From the NCBI GenBank assembly GCA_041158505.1, contig JBEBBG010000010.1, forward strand, positions 1 to 54,779: DNA of 54,779 nt, given 5' to 3'. This document shows, piece after piece, positions 34,941 to 44,295 of this stretch (its first letter is position 1; each line of letters begins with the position of its first letter). The notes under the pieces are model-generated. The model was not told the origin of the DNA, ran no database searches, and saw nothing but the letters and a program-made list of their open reading frames with translations. The position numbers and the translations under genes are program-made. Source of the DNA: Candidatus Parcubacteria bacterium. Its GTDB lineage: Bacteria > Patescibacteriota > Minisyncoccia > Phycocordibacterales > JAACPR01.

Positions 34941-35936
34941 TTATTTTCGTAAAAGCACCGAGGCAACCGCTCGATGAATTGCTGACACATCCATACCGTA
35001 ATGAGCAATCAACTCCTGCGGTGTACCAGACTGTCCAAATTGATCACGCACACCAACAAACGCAATCGGGGTTGGCTGATGCTCTGCGAGGTACTCAGCT
35101 ACCGCACTTCCTAAACCACCAAACACTTGGTGCTCTTCTACTGTAACAATCGCTCCGGCTTGCGCGGCAAGAGTAGCAATTGCTGCAGTATCTAATGGTT
35201 TAACAGTACTCATATTGAGTACTGTTGCAGGAATTCCCTTTGCGTGAAGTTCCTTCGCAACAATAAGCGCAGACTGAACAAGAGCTCCTGTTGCAATAAT
35301 GCCGACTTCGGGTGTTCGAGACTCTGGTGCAAAGAGTACACTAGCTTTTCCAATTGCAAATGGAGTTTCCTCTGTTGTAATAACAGGAGTCTTATCTCGT
35401 GCAAGTCTAATGTATGTAGGCTGACTAGTTTGCGCGGCGGCAATCGTTGCTTTGCGTGCCTCATGCACATCACACGGCGAGAGCACAACCATATTTGGTA
35501 ATACACGCATAAGCGCCAGATCTTCAATTGCTTGGTGCGTACCGCCATCAGGCCCCACCGAAATACCAGCGTGCGAACCAGCAATTTTTACGGGAACATC
35601 GTTGTAGCAAATAGTTGTTCTAATTTGCTCCCAGTTTCGTCCAGGACTAAACATCGCGTAGCTTGAAATAAAAGGAATCTTACCCATCGCCGCCATTCCA
35701 GAAGCAACAGATGCGAGGTTTTGTTCGGCAACACCAACCTCAATACACCGATTCGGAAACTCATGCGCAAATGCTTCCATGCGCGTTGATTCGAGTAAAT
35801 CTGCGCAAAGACCGACAATTCGATCATCTTGGCGCGCAGCCTGGAGCAACCCCTCACCAAACCCATTACGAATTGGTACGAGCTCTGGCGTGTCACTCAA
35901 AACATGTGCATGCAGTTTTTGATCTTTCTGAAGCAT
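34941..35936 (-). CDS. Transketolase, C-terminal (pyrimidine-binding) subunit
   Basis: NRCIEVGVAEQNLASVASGMA and HAGISVGPDGGTHQAIEDLA. The split-tkt arrangement pairs it with the upstream gene. Confidence 0.92.
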   Translation of the reverse strand: MLQKDQKLHAHVLSDTPELVPIRNGFGEGLLQAARQDDRIVGLCADLLESTRMEAFAHEFPNRCIEVGVAEQNLASVASGMAAMGKIPFISSYAMFSPGRNWEQIRTTICYNDVPVKIAGSHAGISVGPDGGTHQAIEDLALMRVLPNMVVLSPCDVHEARKATIAAAQTSQPTYIRLARDKTPVITTEETPFAIGKASVLFAPESRTPEVGIIATGALVQSALIVAKELHAKGIPATVLNMSTVKPLDTAAIATLAAQAGAIVTVEEHQVFGGLGSAVAEYLAEHQPTPIAFVGVRDQFGQSGTPQELIAHYGMDVSAIHRAVASVLLRK

Positions 35937-35941
35937 ACGTA

Positions 35942-36838
35942 CTATTTATCGCTGCAGGTTATCTTTCCACCAAGCGTACGGAGGGCGTCGAGCGCCTGAT
36001 GCTCTTGGTCTTGTTTTACAACAACGTCCTCCGGACCACTTCCTGGCGGAACGCCATGCCATCGATAATCACGTTCCATAAATGGAACCCCTTTCCCAGG
36101 AATGGTGTGCGCGATGATGACACTCGGCATCGAAAAAACTGCCTTAGCTTGATTAATTGCATCATCAATTGCTTCAAAATTGTGACCATCCACCTCTTGC
36201 ACGTGCCAGTTAAACGAAGCAAGCTTTGCACGCAAATCATTGAGCGGCATAACATTCTCAGTAAACCCATCAATCTGAATATTATTTCGATCGATGATGG
36301 CGATGAGATTATGGAGCTTTTCTTTTGCGCCAAGCATAAATGCTTCCCAGTTTTGCCCCTCGTTGAGCTCCCCGTCCCCAAGCAAACAATAAAAGTACCG
36401 ATCGGACTGCGTGCCGCGATCAATACGATCAGCAATTGCCATACCGACAGCCTGAGATAAACCAGAACCAAGCGGACCAGAGCTTGTCTCGAGCGCTGGT
36501 AAAAATTCTCGATGAGGATGGCCCTGCAACCGCGAGCCGAACTTCCGAAGTGTCTGCAGCTCCTCAAGCGGCAAGTATCCCGCATGTGCCATTGTTGCAT
36601 ACAACACTGGGCAGATATGGCCATTTGAAAGGATAAGTCGGTCACGATTAGGCCACGTAGGTTCCTGCGGGCGATGCTGCAACCCATGGAAGAAGAGGTA
36701 GGTAAAAATATCAGTCATTCCAAGTGGTCCTGCGGTATGTCCGGAACCAGCCTCAACGAGCATCGTAATGATCGACTGACGAATCAGATTTGCACGTTGC
36801 TCAAGTGTACACACTGTTGCATCACTAATGTTTCCCAT
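35942..36838 (-). CDS. Transketolase, N-terminal (TPP-binding) subunit
   Basis: GSGHTAGPLGMTD, LSNGHICPVLYA and LLGDGELNEGQNWEA. TGgTATACT sits 7 nt upstream of the ATG. Confidence 0.92.
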   Translation of the reverse strand: MGNISDATVCTLEQRANLIRQSIITMLVEAGSGHTAGPLGMTDIFTYLFFHGLQHRPQEPTWPNRDRLILSNGHICPVLYATMAHAGYLPLEELQTLRKFGSRLQGHPHREFLPALETSSGPLGSGLSQAVGMAIADRIDRGTQSDRYFYCLLGDGELNEGQNWEAFMLGAKEKLHNLIAIIDRNNIQIDGFTENVMPLNDLRAKLASFNWHVQEVDGHNFEAIDDAINQAKAVFSMPSVIIAHTIPGKGVPFMERDYRWHGVPPGSGPEDVVVKQDQEHQALDALRTLGGKITCSDK

Positions 36839-36856
36839 TGCATGTAGTATACCAAA

Positions 36857-38641
36857 TCAGTTTGCCAACGTGATACGTGATAGGTGTAAACCTTCAGCGC
36901 TTACAGCTGTTGAAACATATCCAGGACAATTTATTTTTTCGCCATAGACATACGTCACATGAAATCGTTTTACTATTTCTTCTTTTTTTACACAGTCAGC
37001 AGCAATAAAATCCTCATACGGAACTGTTTTAACGGTAAGGGTAGATGTTTTTGTAAACAGAGGATCGTTGTTAGTCAGTGCACCAAGTAGTAGACCTTTC
37101 CAAGCAGGAGCAATGAAGCGTTCTCCAGATAGTGTTTTGAAAAGAGCGATATCATCTGCATGCAAGTGGCGATTTACCGGAGCTGCTGGTTCGGCAACGA
37201 GCTGCTCTGTTCCAGATGATGGCAGCTCGACACTAAATTGTCGCCATCGATCTTGCGTTGCGTATCCTGGCACAAGAACCACAGACACAATAAGCAGCAC
37301 ACCAACAAGCACAATTGATAGCTGGTGGTAATACGGCAACGGAAAGCGCTGCGTTAATCGATTCCACACATCCGCCACGGCAATACTTCCTAACGGTACA
37401 AGCAGGAGTGCGGTAATCGCTACGACTCTGTAGTAATCAATGATGAGAAATTTTGGAGACACCGAAAATATCGCCCACCCAACTAACCCGATAACAACAG
37501 GGGTACGCAGGTACCAGATTTTTTTGCCTTCAATAAAAAAGCTATAGAACACAAACGGCACGAGAGCTATAGGGATAACCTGCCATACGTAAAATGGCGG
37601 AGCCATGTGTACCGATTCCCCACGCGGTCGAACAATAAAATTTGAAACGTACTCAAACGCACGCACAAAAGGTACACCAGAAACAAGCAGCGTAACGGTA
37701 AAGAAGACCGCCCCAGCGGCAATCGCTCCCCCGCCATACATGAGAAGATGCTTTCTTTCCACTCGTGATTGATTGAAAAAGAGATAGGCGCAAAAGATTG
37801 GAACAACAAAAACAATCATGGGTGGATACAAAAGAATTGCGAGGACACCAACGAGTAGTGACAACCGATTGTACCGCTCAATCAAGAGCACGATTGTGCT
37901 TACAAGAAAAATGAATGACACATTCCACGGCAGCAAGTACCAGAGCATTGGTAAGTTTGCTCCATTTACAACAAACGGTACCGCAATCATGCCAAGAAGC
38001 ACGAATCCAAACGGTACTCGAAATGAAGCGAGCAGAATACCAATGAGCCCTACGGTTAGAGTGCCGATCAACACAGCAAGCAACACGTAGGCTGTCGGAA
38101 ACGCAATCCCGCTGCCGCCAAGAACACCAGTAACAAATGACTGAAATGCAACGAGCACATTTACATACGGCTTTCCCGTAAATGGATTCTCCGAAAAAGG
38201 CATTCCATCACGGAGTACATGTGTCGCAATCCCAAGCGTCACCCATTCATCTGAAAAAAGCGGATAGAGGTACGTATCATCTACAACGTACGATGTTGCT
38301 GTTGTGGTAGAAACTGGACCCGTGTAGGACACGTGCACCGACGCAAACTGTGTAGCAACAACCCCGACAACAAGAGCAACGGCGGCGGTAGGCACCCACA
38401 GATGTCGTGGCAGACGCACGAGCGAACGCCGTTTCCAAAGCACCCCGATAAGCACTGCGAGTATAACGATTGAGGCAATCTGCAATACGCCCACCGAGAG
38501 TAGACCGAGCGCCCGGAGCATGAGAGTACATGCCGCAATCCCCACAACCCATGCGCAGACGGCAACGGGGACATAGACACGAGGCCGAGTCGTAGTTACA
38601 GAGATAAGAAGTGCACTAAGTAGTATGAGTAGTAGTACCAT
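36857..38641 (-). CDS. Large polytopic membrane protein, GT-C-like glycosyltransferase candidate
   Basis: 594 aa with at least 12 hydrophobic helices, an acidic loop DDTYLYPLFSDEW, and a C-terminal soluble domain of about 130 aa. It is divergent from a polyprenyl-phosphate GT2. Confidence 0.6.
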   Translation of the reverse strand: MVLLLILLSALLISVTTTRPRVYVPVAVCAWVVGIAACTLMLRALGLLSVGVLQIASIVILAVLIGVLWKRRSLVRLPRHLWVPTAAVALVVGVVATQFASVHVSYTGPVSTTTATSYVVDDTYLYPLFSDEWVTLGIATHVLRDGMPFSENPFTGKPYVNVLVAFQSFVTGVLGGSGIAFPTAYVLLAVLIGTLTVGLIGILLASFRVPFGFVLLGMIAVPFVVNGANLPMLWYLLPWNVSFIFLVSTIVLLIERYNRLSLLVGVLAILLYPPMIVFVVPIFCAYLFFNQSRVERKHLLMYGGGAIAAGAVFFTVTLLVSGVPFVRAFEYVSNFIVRPRGESVHMAPPFYVWQVIPIALVPFVFYSFFIEGKKIWYLRTPVVIGLVGWAIFSVSPKFLIIDYYRVVAITALLLVPLGSIAVADVWNRLTQRFPLPYYHQLSIVLVGVLLIVSVVLVPGYATQDRWRQFSVELPSSGTEQLVAEPAAPVNRHLHADDIALFKTLSGERFIAPAWKGLLLGALTNNDPLFTKTSTLTVKTVPYEDFIAADCVKKEEIVKRFHVTYVYGEKINCPGYVSTAVSAEGLHLSRITLAN

Positions 38642-38681
38642 AAGCTTGCAGGACTCCCTTAAACATATAAGATTCTACCAT

Positions 38682-39833
38682 ATGGGACTGGCACCAAAGG
38701 TGAGCATCATACTTCCGTGCTTTAACGAGGAGGCGTCTATTACGACATACCTGCAAGCCATTCGTTCGGTCATAACCGCTGAGCGCTTAGATGCGGAGAT
38801 TATTGTCATCAATAATAATTCAACTGACGGGAGCACACACATACTGGCGCACGAAGAAATTCAAGATCCACGACTTCGAGTTATTCATGAAGGTCGCCAA
38901 GGCTACGGTTTTGCTTACATGCGTGGTTTAGAAGAGGCACGTGGAGAATTACTGCTCCTGGTTGATTTTGATGAAAGCTACGCAGCCACCGACATCCCTC
39001 TCCTCCTTGATGCGCTGATTGCAGGTGCTGACCTTGCGCTAGGAAACAGATTTAGTGGTGCCATGCACACACACGCAATGCCGCGTCTCCACCGATACAT
39101 CGGCAACCCACTGCTTTCATTCCTCATGCGTCGATTCTTTGGCACCAACGTACGTGACACCCACTGCGGTTTACGAGCAATTACACGCAGTGCATACAAG
39201 CAACTCAACCTTGTTACTGGCGGCATGGAGTTTGCAAGTGAGATGATTATCAAAGCGGTACGCGCGAAACTAACCATTCAAGAAGTTCCTGTCAGGTACC
39301 ATCCCCGCACAGGTACCTCAAAGTTGCGCTCATTCCGTGATGGATGGAGGCACCTCAGATTCATGTTGCTCTACTCGCCGCTCTACTTATTCCTTGTGCC
39401 AGGGGTTTGTGCCGTCGTACTTGGTGGCTTCTTAATGGTATTCCTGTACGCGGGAAAACTCTCTATCTTGGGAACACACTTTATCGTACACCCAATGTTT
39501 GTCGCATCGTTACTACTCATCGTAGGATACCAGTTGATTACCTTTGCCGGTTTTGCCAAAGCGTATGCTTTTACACACCTTGGAGAACGAACACCCTTTT
39601 TGGAACGATTTTTTGCACGCTACTCGCTTGAGCATGCAGCACTCCTTGGCGTAGCCGGCATTGCAATCGGGTTTCTGTTGTACTGCTTCATTCTCTACAA
39701 GTGGATTCTGTCTGACTTTGGTTCGCTTGATGAAATAAAAAATGCAGTGCTAGGTCTCACGCTCATGGTACTTGGCATTCAAACAATTTCGGCTGCCTTT
39801 ATGACAAGCATGCTTGGTATCGCAGAACGCTAA
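38682..39833 (+). CDS. Family-2 glycosyltransferase, polyprenyl-phosphate sugar synthase type (DPM1/GtrB/ArnC-like) with 4 C-terminal TM helices
   Basis: VSIILPCFNEE, VINNNSTDGS and LLVDFDESY (DxD), followed by four hydrophobic helices. Start was set at ATG 38682, with TATAAG/TAAGAT 8-10 nt upstream. Confidence 0.85.
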   Translation: MGLAPKVSIILPCFNEEASITTYLQAIRSVITAERLDAEIIVINNNSTDGSTHILAHEEIQDPRLRVIHEGRQGYGFAYMRGLEEARGELLLLVDFDESYAATDIPLLLDALIAGADLALGNRFSGAMHTHAMPRLHRYIGNPLLSFLMRRFFGTNVRDTHCGLRAITRSAYKQLNLVTGGMEFASEMIIKAVRAKLTIQEVPVRYHPRTGTSKLRSFRDGWRHLRFMLLYSPLYLFLVPGVCAVVLGGFLMVFLYAGKLSILGTHFIVHPMFVASLLLIVGYQLITFAGFAKAYAFTHLGERTPFLERFFARYSLEHAALLGVAGIAIGFLLYCFILYKWILSDFGSLDEIKNAVLGLTLMVLGIQTISAAFMTSMLGIAER

Positions 39834-39834
39834 C

Positions 39835-40632
39835 CTACCGTGTGCCCTCAAGGTAGTACGTGGTTTCAAGTCCCCACCCAAATGCCGGCATAAGCTCAGC
39901 AAAGGTATCCAGAAAAAAAGTTTTTTGCTCAGGCGTCCATGGCATCTCTTCGAGACTGCGAAGCAGTTGCTCATCACCACCAGTAAACTCTGGTCTGCGG
40001 TGCTCAAAAATAGTGGCCATTTTTTCGATTTGAGGAATCGATAAATTCAAAAAGATACCAATCGCTTTTGCCGTCTGCTGCGGTTTTGTTGCGATATCAT
40101 ACTGATCAAGTACTAGATATCGATCCTTTGGCAATCGTTCACAAGCACGCTGCATGTTTACAAGTACATCCCGCAATGCAATACAGTGTTGCTCAAATGA
40201 TAGGTGCGGAAACTTACGCAAGCGTGATGCAATATTCTCTATCGGTCGGCGCTTCATGATAATGCACGTTGCATCTGGCCACGCTTGTAACAGGTACGGC
40301 AGCGCAAGCACCGTATCATTATCTGGCGTTTTATCTACCCACATTCCACGAAACGGAATGCGCGCATCATAGAGCTCTTTAAACCATTGCGCGAGTGATT
40401 TTTTAAGTTTCTCTTGATCAATACGTTCCAACATAATTGACCCCTGTGCAATTTCTCGAGATCGACGAGCATACTTAATATCAACCATCCGAACAAATGA
40501 TCCAAAAATATCTGTAATGCAACCCTCAGCGTAGCCGGGTATTCCCGCACCATCCACGAGCGCGCGTGTCAGAATGCTCGTACCAGTACGAACTGAGCCT
40601 GTAATAAAGATAGGTTGATGCGTGTGTCCCAT
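39835..40632 (-). CDS. Sulfotransferase-family protein
   Basis: 5'-PSB loop ITGSVRTGTSILTRAL, WVDKTPDN, and a 3'-PB-like IIMKRRPIENIASRL. Start was set at ATG 40632, immediately after the upstream gene's stop at 40634-40636. Confidence 0.8.
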   Translation of the reverse strand: MGHTHQPIFITGSVRTGTSILTRALVDGAGIPGYAEGCITDIFGSFVRMVDIKYARRSREIAQGSIMLERIDQEKLKKSLAQWFKELYDARIPFRGMWVDKTPDNDTVLALPYLLQAWPDATCIIMKRRPIENIASRLRKFPHLSFEQHCIALRDVLVNMQRACERLPKDRYLVLDQYDIATKPQQTAKAIGIFLNLSIPQIEKMATIFEHRRPEFTGGDEQLLRSLEEMPWTPEQKTFFLDTFAELMPAFGWGLETTYYLEGTR

Positions 40633-40633
40633 A

Positions 40634-43093
40634 CTAGTCGTTTGCCTCGGCGTTTGCGGGCAGCTGCACATACTTCATAATACACTGCTCGAGTTTTGGA
40701 ATGACGACACTACTATCATACGCTTGCTGGTACATACGAGCTCGTTCACCCAGAGACGCTCGGGTTGGACCATTTTGAACTAACCGAACAACTGCTTCTT
40801 CAAGCATATCGATTGTCATCTCAGAGACAATGATACCAGCATCCTTGATTGCCTCTTTACTACCGCCTCCTCCCTCAAATACCACACACGGCTTTCCGAG
40901 AGACATTGCTTCAAGCACCGCAAGTGGAAATGGATCCTCTCGTGATGGCAGTACAAAAATATCAGCCGCAGCAAGGTATGGAAATGGATTCTCGCGCTCA
41001 TGTAGGAGCGAAAAGTATGGAGCGTACTGCTTAAAATCTGCCATGAAAGGCTCTTTGAAAGGACGACCTCCCATCCACACACATCGAACTGGCAGCCCTC
41101 GATTATGAAGGCGTTTCGCGAGCTGCATAAATAAATCAGCTCCTTTACGATAAATAAAAGAACCTAGTGCAAAAACGACAACCTCTCCGTTTGTGCTACC
41201 AATTTCTTGCTCTACAAGCTCAACGGGGACTTGTGTGCTTGCGGCAAGTACTGCTTGAGCATCAACAAATTCATGCGCAAAGAGCACGTGTTCCGGCGAA
41301 CACCCAAGTGAATGCACGAGAAGGTCATACACTGGCTGCGACACCGCAATGAATGTATCTGCCAAATGTTTAAATTCCGCAAGCTCTTTTCTCGAAAATA
41401 CAATTTGAAAAGCAATATCCAACTCGTGCACATGAAAAACAACAGGAATACCGAGTGTGCGTGCAGCTTTCGCAAAGGAGTGGCTAACGATTGAATTTAC
41501 ATAAACCACCTTCGGTTTAAGTTCGGTCAGAACGTGCGTTGCACGTGCCACAGGATCTCCAGATGGCATGAGTTGTTCTGGGTAGATAATTTCACCAAAT
41601 GTTTCTGTAAAAAGGTCATGCATCGAACCTCCTCCAAGTGATGCCATGGCAACGCTGCATCGAGTTTGCATGTGCTTGGCGATATCAAGCACAATACGTG
41701 GAGCTCCTGTTCTCGTCTCATCATGGGTAACAAAAAGGACGTCGGTTACAGGGTGCCGTTCTCGAAATGATTCCCAAAACGAGGCACTGTCTTCGATGGG
41801 GAGTGGCTCCATCTTTTGCATACGTCGAACGATATGCCGAGGGACCACCTCATTAAAAAAGTGTTGCTCATATGCGATGAGCGCATCATACAACCGTCGG
41901 ATAACCGTACCCCGTGGAAGGATGAGGTGTATCACCTTATCCCAGCTACGAATACACTTCCATACAAAGCTTCGCTCAATATTTGTAATGGTGACATGCA
42001 TGGCCTCAACCTCATTGGTAAGTGAACGAATCCGAGCCTCATGATGGGAGTCTCGCGCAGCAGCACGATCTGCCTCATGAGCAATGTGCCGATTGAGCGC
42101 AGTGATTTTTTCTTCTGCAGCGGCACGTTCAGCTTGTGCTGCCGAAATCTTTTCTTCAAGCGCTGAGCGCTCAGCAAGATGTGCGGCGTGCTGTTCGGCG
42201 AGCTGTACACTTGTTTCTTGGTAACGCCCTTGCCAATGCTTTGCATGCGCAAGCTGTTCCTTTGCAAAAACACTAATCGATGCAAGCGCATCAAGCTTGC
42301 TGTGCCACCAGTCCATATCAGTTGACCGAGCCTGCTTGAGTTCATCCAGCTCACGCTCAAGTCGCAGCGTACTACGTGCCATCTCAAGTAGGAGCTGATC
42401 ATCTTGCGCATGGTGGTGCGTAAGTCCAGGATCAAGTATCGTACTCAAACGATGTGCAGCGTCATCATAAGGGCGCAGTGCGGGATGCACTCCTTTAATA
42501 AGTTTATTTACAGCCGCTCGAGTATCCGTCAGCAGCTCATCGTACGCAATAAAAACCGTTGGAATCTCTTTTGTGTACATACGAATAATTCGATAAAAAT
42601 ACTCGTATGCTCGAACCGAAGCAGCAAGCGGTGTCCCGTTTCGTTTCTCGAGTGATGCAGCTACCGATGCAATGCTACGTACAGAAACCACAACACGAAC
42701 TTCTATACCGAGTGCCTGCAGCACATCAACGTATGCTGGTAAGAGTATTGATATTCTTGGATCCTTGATACCAAAGAGGTAGGTCTCTGCAAACGTACTC
42801 GTAACTATGTCGCTGATACGTTGCTTAAATGTAGTGGTGCGCTCATCATAGAGCCACTCTACAGGCAGCTCCCCATCACGACCATCGGGATCAAGCCCAA
42901 ATGATTCCAAGAATGCTCGATTCTCCCGGAGAATATCGACATGTTCGTTATACCCTTTTGGGTTGTCGTGCCAAGGGCTGATGAGTCGGTCACCAAAAGA
43001 AACACCAAGCGCTTCAAGCGTCTGTGCAAGGGCCGATGTACCGCTGCGGTGCATGCCAACAACGAGCACGCACGTCTGCTTTCCATATCGCAT
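40634..43093 (-). CDS. Tripartite fusion: sulfotransferase domain - long coiled coil - GT4 (group 1) glycosyltransferase
   Basis: The N-terminus has VVGMHRSGTSALAQTL, IKDPR and VRSIASVAASL. Residues aa ~236-375 are Ala/Glu/Arg/Leu heptad-rich (ERSALEEKISAAQAERAAAEEKITAL...). The C-terminus carries the GT4 EX7E region EDPFPLAVLEAMSLGKPCVV. Confidence 0.85.
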   Translation of the reverse strand: MRYGKQTCVLVVGMHRSGTSALAQTLEALGVSFGDRLISPWHDNPKGYNEHVDILRENRAFLESFGLDPDGRDGELPVEWLYDERTTTFKQRISDIVTSTFAETYLFGIKDPRISILLPAYVDVLQALGIEVRVVVSVRSIASVAASLEKRNGTPLAASVRAYEYFYRIIRMYTKEIPTVFIAYDELLTDTRAAVNKLIKGVHPALRPYDDAAHRLSTILDPGLTHHHAQDDQLLLEMARSTLRLERELDELKQARSTDMDWWHSKLDALASISVFAKEQLAHAKHWQGRYQETSVQLAEQHAAHLAERSALEEKISAAQAERAAAEEKITALNRHIAHEADRAAARDSHHEARIRSLTNEVEAMHVTITNIERSFVWKCIRSWDKVIHLILPRGTVIRRLYDALIAYEQHFFNEVVPRHIVRRMQKMEPLPIEDSASFWESFRERHPVTDVLFVTHDETRTGAPRIVLDIAKHMQTRCSVAMASLGGGSMHDLFTETFGEIIYPEQLMPSGDPVARATHVLTELKPKVVYVNSIVSHSFAKAARTLGIPVVFHVHELDIAFQIVFSRKELAEFKHLADTFIAVSQPVYDLLVHSLGCSPEHVLFAHEFVDAQAVLAASTQVPVELVEQEIGSTNGEVVVFALGSFIYRKGADLFMQLAKRLHNRGLPVRCVWMGGRPFKEPFMADFKQYAPYFSLLHERENPFPYLAAADIFVLPSREDPFPLAVLEAMSLGKPCVVFEGGGGSKEAIKDAGIIVSEMTIDMLEEAVVRLVQNGPTRASLGERARMYQQAYDSSVVIPKLEQCIMKYVQLPANAEAND

Positions 43094-43098
43094 ACATC

Positions 43099-43800
43099 CT
43101 ACACGTTACTGATTTTTTGGAGCTCCGCAATTGACGCCTTGGCGTCTTCGCTGTCAAAGATAAAGGAACCTGAAACAAGCCTTGTAGCACCAGCCGCAAC
43201 AAGACGCGGCGCAGTTTCGTCATTTACACCACCATCAATACTAATGGGCATTTCTGGGTACAGAGCACGAATTTCACGGACCAACGCATACACACGCTCC
43301 TCAAACGGCTCTCCCTGAAACCCAACTCGAGTAATACCCATGCACTGCACCCCATCAATACAGTCTGCAAAGGGTGAAAGAATTGCCGGGTCATCCGTTG
43401 GCAATAAAGCAAGCACAACTTCAGTGCCACGAGCACGAAGTCGTTCGATAAGCTCGCGCGCGTTGCCGTGTTCTAAACTTTTGTAATGCAAAATAATTCT
43501 CGCTACCCCAGCATCAATCCACTGTTCTGCATCAACGAACGGATTGAGGATCATGAGATCAACCTCATAGTTAACGTCTTCCCAGAATGGAAGCCCTTCT
43601 TCATCAGCAACGAGCGCCTCAAAGTGCGTACTCCCCGGGGCATACGGCCATGAAATAGATTGCGTGAGTCGCCCGTCCATGACATCAATCTGCACCCACT
43701 GTGTGCTTGTACGAACACGAGCGACGTCAGACACGACATCCTCAAAGGTATCAGGCATTACCGCAGGAATAATCTCAACCATGGCGTGGGTAGTTTCCAT
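43099..43800 (-). CDS. rpe: Ribulose-phosphate 3-epimerase-family TIM-barrel protein (start uncertain: 43782, 43800 or 43833)
   Basis: IIPAVMPDTFEDV...VQIDVMDG aligns with the Rpe N-terminus. Every candidate start overlaps the rpiB 3' end. Confidence 0.8.
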   Translation of the reverse strand: METTHAMVEIIPAVMPDTFEDVVSDVARVRTSTQWVQIDVMDGRLTQSISWPYAPGSTHFEALVADEEGLPFWEDVNYEVDLMILNPFVDAEQWIDAGVARIILHYKSLEHGNARELIERLRARGTEVVLALLPTDDPAILSPFADCIDGVQCMGITRVGFQGEPFEERVYALVREIRALYPEMPISIDGGVNDETAPRLVAAGATRLVSGSFIFDSEDAKASIAELQKISNV

Positions 43801-44290
43801 CAATTTTACCGAGGCGTCGAATGTGTCGTTCATCACCAGAAAAGTCTGTTTCTAAAAAGACTTCAACTGCCTCTCGGACCTCAGCAAGAGAAAGGAAGCG
43901 AGCGCCGAGCGAAAGCACATTTGCGTCATTATGTTGGCGGGCTGTCACAATTTCACTTGGAACTTCCCGACCATCAACTGGTTCATACTGTCCGTTAAAG
44001 ACAACAGCTCGAACGTTTGGATATCGGTTTGCCACGATTGCTTCACCTTGGCCTGATCCTCCAAAAATAATTGCTCGCTCATAGCCTTCTGGATCATTTG
44101 AAACAGCCTCAGCCGCAGACGCAATGAAATCTGGATAATCATCTTCCTCATCGTACTCGTATGCGCCATGATCGACCACTTCGTACCCAAGGCTGGTGAG
44201 CCACTCACGCACATCTTCTTTATAGCCAAAACCAGCATGGTCTGCCGCCACGTGAATGATTCGTGTATCTCCTTGTGTTTCAAAATCCAT
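43775..44290 (-). CDS. rpiB: Ribose-5-phosphate isomerase B (Glu-type active site)
   Basis: IHVAADHAGFGYKE and IIFGGSGQGEAIVANR (mycobacterial-type GGSGxGE rather than CGTGxG), followed by ERHIRRLGKI. Confidence 0.88.
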   Translation of the reverse strand: MDFETQGDTRIIHVAADHAGFGYKEDVREWLTSLGYEVVDHGAYEYDEEDDYPDFIASAAEAVSNDPEGYERAIIFGGSGQGEAIVANRYPNVRAVVFNGQYEPVDGREVPSEIVTARQHNDANVLSLGARFLSLAEVREAVEVFLETDFSGDERHIRRLGKIDGNYPRHG

Positions 44291-44295
44291 ACCTA

